Assembly (NCBI GenBank): GCA_030704615.1
Contig: CM060734.1
Location: 61,442,001-61,506,000 of the forward strand
DNA length: 64,000 nt
Direction: 5' to 3'
Source of the DNA: Takakia lepidozioides
Lineage: Eukaryota > Plantae > Bryophyta
Shown here in pieces: positions 1-15,674 of the stretch. Position 1 is the first letter of the stretch. Each line of letters opens with the position of its first letter. The notes beneath the pieces are model-generated. The model searched no databases. It had not been told where the DNA came from and saw nothing but the letters and a program-made list of their open reading frames with translations. A program made the position numbers and the translations under genes.

Positions 1-77
1 GTGCTTTCAAAATGGCAGCTGCATCTCTGCCTGCAGGTCACGGTAAGGGGTTAAGATGGTGGGGCGTGGTGGGCAGG

Positions 78-167
78 ATGGCGTCTTCGGACCTGATCTG
101 GTTGTTGGTAAAGAGAAATGGAAACGGCAATGCCTCTATGACAACTTGAACACGCTTAAATATGCAG
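78..167 (+). pseudogene. 60S ribosomal protein L28-like first-exon remnant
   Basis: ATG at 78 gives MASSDLIWLLVKRNGNGNA; after a frameshift it reads LYDNLNTLKYAG followed by a GT donor at 168. This resembles the RPL28 N-terminus (LIWxxVKxNNxFLVK...NNLxNxxxxKxSG) with internal segments missing. The first frame stops at 147-149. Confidence 0.5.
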
Positions 168-469
168 GTACATGCCAAAGATGTTCGCGTAGAAACTAGT
201 GACATCTCGGTTTCCTGTTTTGCCGTTCTCCCAAGAGTGGATCACCTTATTGGGTTCCGTACTCCCACTTAAGCGTGCTAGAGGAGGGATGTAGGCCCCG
301 TGCAGTGATGAAGACGGTGGGATCTGGCTGGCAGGGACTTAGAGTGTCACACTGCTGTCTTTCATGCCTGCATTCAAATGGTGTTTACCTCTCTGTCTAT
401 CATGATTGTGACTGGAAGTGCTTGGCTGTGGGAATCGTTCTTCTCAAGTCAAAGTGGGTGGTTTACCCA

Positions 470-590
470 TAGAGCCCTCCTCCCAACCAGAGGAACACAA
501 GGTTTGTTATGTGCCGCCCCGAGCTCATCGGATTTTGAACCCAGCACCTCCACGTTAGGGCAGCAGCACGCTGTCCAAGAAGCTACGACC
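470..590 (-). mobile_element. tRNA-derived SINE-like head (degenerate)
   Basis: The minus strand reads GGTCGTAGCTTCTTGG...GGGTTCAAAATCC, an A-box-like and a B-box-like motif at tRNA spacing. There is no complete cloverleaf and the 3' boundary is uncertain. Confidence 0.4.
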
Positions 591-1743
591 ATTACAATAT
601 ATCAAGTCCAATCAATTTATTTATACACATATAGTAAACAATTATTGATGGTTTGTGTTTATTAATTTTGGTGATGCGACCTATTAAAACACCCGAGTAG
701 GCTAACGGCATCTAGAGAGACGCACTAACCTTATCGCAAGACTTTAATCAGACCTTGGGTTTCACAAACTGAAAGTTAACTCTAGCTTTCAGAGCTTCCA
801 TTCTCCTTCTATTTTCCGTCACGGTTTCTTCGTTCAGATTGAAGACGTTATGAAAAGTCACCGTTTCAAAATTCTTACTGCACATTAGGTTTATTATGCT
901 GAAGAATTGGGTGAGGGATGATTTCTACATCAACTGAGCTGCTCCCTGTGCATTCTAGTAGTGGGATCCCTCTCCATCCCCATGCGGAGTTAAATTTAGA
1001 AATGAATGAGGTCCATTTGCCTTAAGCACATCTGCATATAGCTGAGCCCAGAACCCCCATGCTTTTGCACCCTCCACTACTAAAGCTGCATAGATGAATT
1101 GAAAGTTGATGCCAGAGAGGGAGCAGTTTCAAAGCACATCTGGGCTTCCCAACATATCATAGTGTCAATGTTCTAATGTTTACCCACATATATGGCCACT
1201 GTGCAAGGTTGAGCAAATGGGCAGTCATTAAACCAACCAAGATGACTTTCCAAGTATAAAAGGCACTGATTTTGGACCAAACAATGGAAGCAAAGCAGCA
1301 TTGGACCAAACATTGTTCAACTATTTCATCTGAACCAGTTTGCTTCTTCTCAGCGCCATAGCTGCTTGGGCTACATCTAATCTCTTTTCTCTTCATCTTT
1401 CAAGAAGGGTTGGCCAGTTTGGGCATAAGTCTGTCGGCCCCCTTTCCCATGGAGGTCTGAATAACACTCGAGCTCAGGAGCACAGGAAACGAAATGCCGG
1501 TGGCCAGGCCCGAGCCTCTGGATACCAGGGTCATTGCCCATGTGGATCTTGACTGTTTTTTTGTGCAATGTAGCTTCCTCCCCTTTTTCTCTGTTGTGTT
1601 GTCAGTCTCCCCTTTCATGTGAGCGGCAGGCATCCTTAGGCGTATCATACCTGTATGCTTTAGTTGCCAATTGTGCCAGAACTAGTCCTCTGCTTGATTC
1701 ATGCCACACTCGTCTCACATGGTACTGGTGAACGGATGCTGCA

Positions 1744-3740
1744 ATGGCTTCCTCATCAACCAAAGCGAACCTGGGTCAAACATCCCTGATTGACGAACTG
1801 CGGCCCACTCTAAACGAACAGGAAAAGTCACAGACAGTTGCAGAAGGTGGCCCAGTCTATCCATTCAACCCTGCCCCGCATAACACCCAGATTTCAGAGG
1901 AGCCAGAATCAGGAAGGGCAAGAAAAGTGGACAGTGATACTGAACAAATCATGGCGAAGGGAATTGCGGCGGTGCTGGGTCCAGTGGTTCGAGATTTCGA
2001 TACAAGAGTGGAGGGAGCTCTCAGGAGCCAGACCACACTCACAAGCAGCATTGATCGACTAACTAGAGGTGCTTTCAAAGAACCTTCAGGTCTGCTGTTT
2101 GGGAAACAAAGTGTATGGTATGTCGGAGAGACGATTGTAGAGTTGCCACAAGCTGTGAAGAGAGATTGCACAGTGAGAATGTAATGCCGATCATGCGTCC
2201 GGCGAACAACATGGCACATTTGTCATGAATAAGTAAGAATGTGCATAGCTTGTTGGACCTGTTGATCAGTAAGCAGTTAATTACTTCCTTGGTTCTTGTT
2301 CTGATGTTGGCTTTTGTAAGGTTTCTCAAAATATGTCGGAGAACCTTGCAAGTAGGAAAAACTTAGGGATTTGTTGTTGTATTTGGTGATGTTTGGGGCT
2401 AGGCCTCAAATGCAAGCTGGTGAAGTACACTATTTTCTAAGGAGTGCTGGCAAATTTGGTGAAACTGGTTTTTCCTCGGGGGTTTCTGTAGAAGCTCCCT
2501 CTCCAGTGCTGCAGAAGCTTTATCAACATGAGCTACAAATCATAACCTTCTTCTGAGTTGGTGAGGCACTAAGGTATCATTCCCTGATGTCTAGTAAAAA
2601 GTGAATTGCTTTTTGGGCAGAGCTGGACAAGCTGCTAGAGGACACTCCACTGCCATTGGTTGCCCAGCACGCCGCCAGGCTGTCGGGTGTACGCAAGCGT
2701 GTTGGCTCCCTCACCCACACTTTGCATGTTGTTCAACACCGTATCACCAACATGGATCGTTTGCTATCTGAAAGAGGTGCATCCCTATCACTAATGATCA
2801 ATGCTTTTGTCATCTCAGCTTTTGGTCCTCATCCCCCTTGCACTTGAGCAGGTAGAGTGGTTGGGTGTTTGTGCCTTGCCTGTGCATAACATAGGTGATG
2901 TAGGGTTCAAAGTGTCCACCTTCCAATGAAAGGCAGTAATCCTTCGGGATGAGGAGACACTAACATTTACGCTTCCTTGGGGAGGAGTCCTCTTTCCTCA
3001 TCCCCCCCTCACTGTCTCGTGACATGCTGTAGTACTTTGACAAAGTCCAATCACTTTGTTATGCTTTGTTTGTTTGATTGCAGTGGATGCGAACACGTCT
3101 ACCTCACAGTCTGTTTCCAAGCCTAGACCAGCAAGGGGGACCATGTTAGCAGAGAGAGGGGCAACATCTTACATGCTCAGGGACGAGAGAAGCACCAGAT
3201 CTGCATTGTCTAGGCATGTTAATCAGCCTGCCTCCTCTAGTGGAGATGACTCCCCTTCTAGGCATAATGGGTCTTCCAGCACGGACACATCTGCTACTCC
3301 TGTAACTAGCACGGGCCCTGAAGATGTCAGCAGTGCACACCCTCTGGTAGGAGAAGTTTCTGCTTTGCCTGGTAAGCGTTTCTCTACAACAAGTACATTG
3401 ATGTGAGGTCTATATGGGTCAAAGTGCTAGGAGGACATTCCTCATTCCTCTGGTTAGTTACTAAAGCTTTCATGCAGTCTGGCATGTAAAGATGCCACTT
3501 GTTGGGCCATGACTAAACAGAGTATGAGTCTAAATTGCTATAACTTTTTGGGTAGAATATCTTGTGTACTGTGAGATCCGATCCATCAAAGTTTTCTGTC
3601 TCTCTTTGTTGGAGTCACAGTATTGGGAGTCTGGTGCTCTACAGAGAAATTTGTCATATGATTATTTATGCTTACTCATGGTAATATCAGTTTATATTGT
3701 ACCCATTGCAGACGCTCTATGTCATCATGTGGATGGGTGA
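1744..3740 (+). CDS. SNAPIN: SNAPIN / BLOC-1 complex subunit 7-like protein
   Basis: Exons 1744-2068, 2621-2776, 3084-3371 and 3712-3740 join in frame through GT-AG introns. The core MAKGIAAVLGPVVRDFDTRVEGALRSQTTLTSSIDRLTR|ELDKLLEDTPLPLVAQHAARLSGVRKRV matches plant Snapin coiled coils. If the last intron is retained the stop is at 3406. Confidence 0.8.
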
Positions 3741-4458
3741 ATGTTATATTTATTCAGTGTCCTTGATTGTGCTCGTCAGAAAGTGCATAACATCTGCAGC
3801 TGTCCAATGCTGACGATAGAGAAGGCTTTGATGGACATGTCTGATTTTGAGTTGAATGATTCAATCACCTCCCATGACCACCCCATTGGAAGTGCCAAGT
3901 CCTTGCACATGTTCTTTCTCCTGTCAGCTGGCCTTTAAAGGGAAGAGAATAGAAATTTGATTTCTCTCTTCATGCAGGAATAAAGAACAATGTACGGCAT
4001 AAAGCTTCCAGATGGGAGGGTAAAACTGAGATGGTTTCCGACAAGTAACTGAGCTAAATGCCGCTGAGAAATGACCCATAGGTCTTGCCTCCTCATCAAT
4101 TGGTCATTTGGATATTGGTATGGCTTTATGGTAACTAGAAAGAAGAAGTTATGGCTTGTCAAATTGCTTAAGTGTGCCATTACATTCCAAATCTAATATG
4201 TAGAGGTTAAATAACACATTTTAATATTAGAATCCAACAGGTTGGAACTTGCAATGTGGTTATATGTAGTAGTGGACAGACAAGTACCAACTCTCTTTTG
4301 AACTGTAAATGTAGACTCTTGGATTCCGATCAAATTGAAGAAAGCAAATGCTGAGAATTTGAATTCCAGATGATAATAATGTGTGGTGCATAGTTTCCAA
4401 TAGCAGAAAAATGTGCAATAGTATAGGATTTTTGCACTATCAACTATGCTGACTTATG

Positions 4459-9773
<5,315 letters not shown>

Positions 9774-9828
9774 CTACGGACTTCCTTCGTACGGGCCTGC
9801 ACACTCTGGCTTTTATCCAGGACGGAGC

Positions 9829-10092
9829 CCGTCGCCATGGACGGTGATGGATGACGACATCCGTCATTGTGAACGGAGATGCTCTGAACATCCGTCGCCA
9901 TGGGGCGGTGATGGATGATGGCATCCGTCGTGGTGAACGGAGATGGCTCTGAACATCCGTCGCCATGGGCGGCGATGGATGATGGCATCCGTCGAGGTGA
10001 ACGGAGATGGCTCTGAACATCCGTCGCAATGGGGCGGTGATGGATGATGGCATCCGTCGTGGTGAACGGAGATGCTCTGAACATCCGTCGCA
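9829..10092. repeat. Minisatellite, 64-65 bp unit, about 4 copies
   Basis: CATCCGTCGC unit starts recur at 9889, 9954, 10018 and 10082, with a partial unit at 9829. Each unit has two halves of about 32 bp that both begin CATCCGTC. Confidence 0.95.
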
Positions 10093-10106
10093 TGAGCGAT
10101 GGCCAT

Positions 10107-10391
10107 CAGTGTTTTTATTTCTGGCGAAATTTCGCACTTTTTCGACCTCAAAAATCAAAATCGAATAGTCTGTCGTAAATTCCCTATTTTCTCATGGATG
10201 AAATCGCCAAAATTCTCAAAACAAAATATAAATCTTGGATGAATTCGCCTAATATGGATGATATACATGGATGAAAGTACAGAGGAGGATGATTCTGTCC
10301 AAATTTCAGTGGATGAGCAGAAAATATGGCTATTTCCTGCAAAACTCAGTAGCCAGTCCTGTTTTTTTGCAAATTTGAAAAAAAAACACTG
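10107..10391. mobile_element. hAT-type MITE (285 bp)
   Basis: TIR CAGTGTTTTT...AAAAACACTG flanked by the 8-bp direct repeat ATGGCCAT (10099-10106 and 10392-10399); internal repeated GGATGA motifs. The TSD is palindromic, so it could alternatively be read as part of a longer TIR. Confidence 0.8.
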
Positions 10392-10936
10392 ATGGCCATG
10401 GCTGTCCCCGGCGGTGGCTTGGCAAAGTGTGGAGTTATGCCAAAAAAAAAAAAGAGTCTATGAAGTTGTTAAAGTTATTCGTTAAGTCGCGCCCTCTTTG
10501 ACCCTATGATCCATCCCCACATGCGGCTTTGGTGGGCAGTTTGAGCCTATCCGTTAAGTCCAATAAAATGGGCACGAGTAAACTCGAGTTGGGAGAGTGG
10601 GCCCCGCTTCAGGCTCATCCACTAGCGGGCGCGGAGGAAGATTTCTCATTTGGGCTCGGTTTGGCCCCTCTTTATCTCCTTGGTACTTTGTTGGCCCGCG
10701 TCCACCCTGTTCACCATGTCTTTTGACCAAACCGGCCGAACTCACCATGCATCCCTTGGACTTAATGGATAACTTTGTTATGATTCCTTCCTTTTTCTGG
10801 ATTTCATGAAGTTGTTATATTCCTTTTCTCTGGATTTTATGAAGTTGTTATGATTCCTTCCTTTCTCTCTATGTGTGGACGTGGCCCGAATGCTATATAC
10901 GAACTAGTAACTACAACATACCTGCTAAGTGTCTAA

Positions 10937-11303
10937 TAGCATCTCCACGGTGCCACGGCACGGCAATCTACCGGCGCGGGGTCCAAAAAAGTGCTCCACG
11001 TTTGGCTCAGCCTGGTAGATTTTGCCAGCCCCGCCTAAAATCTGCCTCTCGTCCGGCACTTTTGCCAATCATACCGAGACCCCGCCAACCACGGTAAATT
11101 AAATTCATGAGTTATTTCTGAGTTAATGAGATATGATGTCCTCAGTCAGCGCGCCAAGATCGTGATCGAGCGGCGGGCCTACCGACCTCAGTGCTATATC
11201 TCAGGGGTCCTTGTACCATCCCAACTGTCCTTGCAAAAATTACAGTCGGCCTGTAAACAAGGCATATAGCGTTTGACGTGCCGTGCTCACCCTGGAGATG
11301 CTA
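10937..11303. mobile_element. PIF/Harbinger (Tourist-like) MITE
   Basis: TIR TAGCATCTCCA...TGGAGATGCTA with subterminal GCACGGCA/TGCCGTGC match; 3-bp TSD TAA at 10934-10936 and 11304-11306. Confidence 0.85.
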
Positions 11304-11599
11304 TAAGTATTCGCACTAAAGCCCCACGAGAGCATTTTTTACCCTTTTCTTAGGTTCGTCTTTCTTCCTCTCTCACTCACAAGGGGATTGGTATATTGGC
11401 GTGAGGTCAAACAGTGTGAGCACAGCATGAGCACAAGAAAAACATGGCGTAAGTAGGATATGTATGTCAACGGAAATACATATAAAAGACGGACATAGGG
11501 TCTTTCTGCGTTGATAGGGTTTACATAGTCACGTATAAATATTATTTTAAACATACAGAAGGAGCTTGAAAAGCAGAAACTTATTTTTTTATAAAAAAA

Positions 11600-11690
11600 A
11601 ACCCCAATTTCGCTGACGAAACCCAAGTTTCGCTGGCAACAATCCAAATTTCGCAAGCGAAATCTGACTTTCGCTGATTAAAACCCAAGA
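11600..11690. repeat. Degenerate tandem repeat, about 21 bp x4, TTTCGC core
   Basis: aatttcgctgacgaaacccaa / gtttcgctggcaacaatccaa / atttcgcaagcgaaatctga / ctttcgctgattaaaacccaa. Confidence 0.6.
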
Positions 11691-12278
11691 TGCAATTGTG
11701 TTTTGCTTGCGAGATCCTCTTGGGGATGTTCTACACACAATGTTTTACCAAACACCACATTGTTTACATTCGTTGATCTTTGAATTCTGGCAAATATATT
11801 TGTGGGTCCTTGTGCTCATGTGAGTTAAGCTTTGGACGATTAATTTCATAAGTTTTTTCGCATGAGCACATTTTGGTTTCCTTATCACATTTTCTCCGAA
11901 TTCTTGGGGAATATGCGGAATATGCCTGTGTGCCGGCAGGCTCACGCGCTACCCACTCACCTCACTCACAATAACTCCCACAGTAAATCCCACTACCTTA
12001 GGGTGGCAGGGTTCAGAGCGTGCTGGTAACGTAGTCCAGATGCAAAATGTGGCAATTATAATAAAGTAGAGAATGCATGCAGAAATTAATGTCATTCTAT
12101 GCATCCCAATTCATTTGGGGAGTTAGGGAAGGTCGGAAAACCGGACACGGTGGGAACAACCAATCGCGTGGGAGTGGGAGGCTTGTAGAGGAAGGAAGTG
12201 GCTCAACCCGACCAAGACATTTCTAAGCCTAGGTGGTGGGCCCTCTTTCTACTTCTCCATGTGGTTGTGGGTTCAAAC

Positions 12279-13683
12279 CAGTGTTGTGCGGGTAAATCAT
12301 TTACCCAAATTCATCCGGCGGGTAAATCAGGATAAGGGTAAATGATTTACCCGGGTTGGCCCATTTTCTTTACCCTTACCCTTAACCTTAGACAGGTAAA
12401 TAATCTGAGATACCCTTACCCTTACCCGTCTAAAGGGTAAATGCAATCCATATACCCTTTACCCGCGGGTAATTTTTTCTTTTGGAGGGTAAATAACAAA
12501 AGGGTAAATGACAAACTATAGTCTTTCTTGGGAGTTGGAGGGCCGTATGGTGTGATTAGTATTTTTTTTTAGAAACAAATTAGCATTTGGAATCGAAAAT
12601 GGAACTTTGTACAGGTAGTTATAAAGATGTTGGGAGGAGCGCACCTCAAATTCCATGACTGAATTATCGAGATATTAATTGTAAGCATCACCAGGAAAGA
12701 GCTCCATCAAGTAATTCAACCGCCCTGCTCCGCCTCTCTCTCCAACTGTTTTGGCTTCTCACAAGGAGGGGCATGGGGGGCTGACGGTTACATACAAGGG
12801 TCATTTTCGCTTTGCATGCATACGATTTCCAGCATTCATCATTGAAGGGTATGGGCTTCGACCGTAACGGTCGCCCATCTGCCCTTTCCCGGCGATCTCG
12901 GGTTATTCTAGTTAATTCTAGGCTCTCGCTATTCCATATAGTTGTCTCTCTAGTAATGAGACTGGGCTCGTCCCTCATCCAATGGATGTGTCTTTTACCT
13001 ATGGTATTATAGGGTTTAATTTTTTCCCTACAATAAACCAAAATGGCTTTATGCCCTTGGGAAAATGGTCTTATTTGGTTTTGTTTGATTATTATCTTTG
13101 GTGTCAAATCTTGCTAGTGACGGGTGTGGTATGTTTCCTGGGCGGTGTCCCACTCATTCGCCTCATGGCGCATAAATGAAAGAGGTTATTTTCTCCTCTC
13201 ACTACTAAGGGGCCTGATTTGTGAGTTGTTGCTCCCAGGTGTTTCCCTTTAAAAAAATAAAATAAAAAATAAAATAAAACACTCTCACGACCGTCCCTCA
13301 TATTATACAACATATAATACAATCAGCCTCATACTAAACCAAAAAATAGAACAAAAATTGATTGCCTTAATTTAATTAGTTATATTTTTTGAGTTGAGCG
13401 TATAACAAACCAAAAATTTATATATATCCTTTATGTACCCGGTGGGTATATAAAGGGTAAATCATTTATCCTTACCCGCTTATCCTTACCCGGTCAAAAA
13501 TATTGGCCTTTACCCTTTACCGTAGGATAAATAAATGGACATATAAATAATTTACCCTTACTCGGAGGACAAATAAAGGGACATATAAATAATTTACCCT
13601 TACCCGGAGGATAAATAATCCTCTGATTTCTATTTACCTTTACCCGGAGGATAAACAAAAATCTATTTACTCGCACAACACTG
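12279..13683. mobile_element. Non-autonomous hAT DNA transposon (1.4 kb)
   Basis: TIR CAGTGTTGTGCGGGTAAAT / ATTTACTCGCACAACACTG (18 of 19 match); exact 8-bp TSD GTTCAAAC at 12271-12278 and 13684-13691; dense subterminal TTACCC/GGGTAA repeats at both ends. Confidence 0.92.
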
Positions 13684-14429
13684 GTTCAAACCACGGTTTG
13701 GTGTGTCATGAAGGTGTCCACCTTTCAGCTGGAAGGCAGTAGCCCTTGTGGTGAAGTGACACCATAAGTTACGCTCCCTTTGGGAGGCGTCAATTTTTAT
13801 TTATTTATTGAGAAGCAACCTCAGGTGGTGGGCCCCCTTTCTCTAGGGGGGCTCCACCACCGCTTTAAGAGAGTATATAAAGAGGGTAAGGGTTTTACAT
13901 TTGACACCAAGGTTTCATCCGCCTCCCTTTGGCCCCTTAGAAATTTAAACTACAAGCTGGTGTATTTTGGAGGATTAGTGCATGTAGGAAAGTTACAGGT
14001 TCCATGATGGGTAGGCACAGGCAGGTTGTGACATAAGGGCGCCGCCATGAAATGGGCCAACCTCTAGAAAGGTCCCTGGAACATATTGCTCTCACCCCAC
14101 ACCAGTGCCCAACACATGTGACAGTAGGGTGCCCTCCGGCCCGCCGCAGCATAGTCCCTAACAACCGCGGGCACCACTGCGGTTGTCTTTTTTTCTTTCT
14201 CAAGTTTCGCAGCATGTTTTGCACATCAAGTTGTAGCCCAATCTGTCAGCCCTGCATGCATGGTTATGCTCTCATACTTGCATGCTATGGGGCTGCCTTT
14301 TGGCAGCACAATTTGAGTGGAGGTGAACACGTACAATGCATGAAGGGACCGCACACACATGAATCATTTCAAATCTTCCATTGGCATTTTACGGTACTCT
14401 AGTGCACGTTCCATTCCAAAAGACATGAG

Positions 14430-15110
14430 GTTATTAAGATTAGGTAGAAGATGATGAGCGGGGCGGCCTTGATATGTTCCTACGTTTATGAGATCGAAGA
14501 ACCAGTGGGTTCCGTAGTGGGCCATGAATAGTTTATGCAAATGCCAGACTGCTTGATTGTGTTGAGTGATGCGAAGACTATGTATAGTGGGGTGTGAGCA
14601 GTGGCTGAGGAGGTGAGGCCGTGTGTCCCGCGCCTGGGTTATCAGTACAGTGAGGACAGAAAGGTTGATTTCCCATGTATTGGGCATAGGGAAACCTTAG
14701 TGTCTTGTTCGTGAGGTCCAAAAGTGATTAGATAGTTTGTGATTGAGGATGTCAAAATGTGTCCATTTTTGGACATGTACGTTAATATAGGCAAGGGATA
14801 GTTTGGCTTGTCTACTGGCAGCTTCTTTGTTGAGGTAGGAGAAGAAGGTCCGGATTGGGCATAATTCATTGTGGATAGCCCGCCATAGGAGGAGAGCTAG
14901 AATGGGTGGGTGTGGGCAATATGCACAAGTTCTGATGGCGTGCCTACGGATCAGGGCCTTTGGCGCCTTCTTGATCTGTGAATTCATTATGCTGGATACC
15001 AATATTGCAGTGTTTCTAGAGTCTGGCGAAATTTCCCAATATTTGTATGAATGTGTCGGTTGTAATGTTCATGTGAGGAAGTGGAGTATGTAACTGGGGT
15101 GGGAGTGTGC
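14430..15110 (-). mobile_element. Decayed Dualen/RandI-like non-LTR retrotransposon fragment (RNase H end, CCHC knuckle, start of RLE)
   Basis: Across frameshifts the minus strand reads HCNIGIQHNEFTDQEGAKG (RNase H C-terminal HxGxxGNExADxxAK-like), LSNHFWTS, RFPYAQYMGN, CPHC...DTRPHLLSHC, LRITQHNQAVWHLHKL (RHN/RHD-like) and LINVG...LLP, in the expected order. Confidence 0.6.
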
Positions 15111-15239
15111 CATGCAAGAGGACGAGGTGATGTTTGGAGGGCACTCTAGTTGGCTTAGGGGGTGTTTTGCAGATATCTAGGACAGTCAGCTGTGCAATAG
15201 CGACTGCCAACTGACGCAACTACCATAGAACACGCTCTC

Positions 15240-15392
15240 ATGGTTGCATTACGAAGTACAGCTCAATCTCCAACAATGGGAGCATTTACAAGTATATATT
15301 GTGGAGAAAGCACGAGGATGATGGTTCGCATACGTGCAGACCCGATGTTGCAGTCATTCCTTGGGATAGAGTGGATGATTTCATTGCAGGAT
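15240..15392 (+). pseudogene. N-terminal fragment of a MULE-derived SWIM zinc-finger/transposase-like protein
   Basis: AQSPTMGAFTS / frameshift / LWRKHEDDG...VAVIPWDRVDDFIAG resembles the remembered N-terminus of plant SWIM zinc-finger proteins (PVQNP...F...LxW...ALIPYxRVDDFxxGE). No continuation is visible. Confidence 0.5.
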
Positions 15393-15674
15393 ATGTCGAC
15401 CTATATGTTTTTATTATGTCACCCTATCTATATTCAACGTTGAATTCTCTGCTCAAAATTACATCTCCGACGCCCTTTCCTGTATTCCAGTATGTTGCCA
15501 TATGGCTCCACACCGATTTTACACAAAGTTGGAGTGAATGTGTGTGGAGATTTTCAAATACATGGGTCCTTGATTTGAAACAATCACAAGAGAAACTGGC
15601 ACATGAATGTAAGCTAAAAATATGTTTACAGGGGTGCCCACCAGGCTGAAGGCTGTACAATGCAACAATTTGCA

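Noticed and set aside
520-590. Functional tRNA gene
   Set aside because: No acceptor stem and an irregular T-loop; kept only as a SINE-like head.
936-1130. miR159/miR319 precursor
   Set aside because: The spacing and GGGAGC core are suggestive, but the mature sequence TTGGA(C/T)TGAAGGGAGCT is absent.
9829-10092. CRISPR-like array of roughly 32-bp palindromic repeats
   Set aside because: The intervening sequences are themselves repeated rather than unique spacers, there are no cas genes, and the context is eukaryotic. It is a minisatellite.
12290-12510. Interstitial telomeric repeats (TTACCC/GGGTAA)
   Set aside because: They occur in mixed orientation and only inside the hAT termini, so they are better explained as subterminal transposase-binding motifs.
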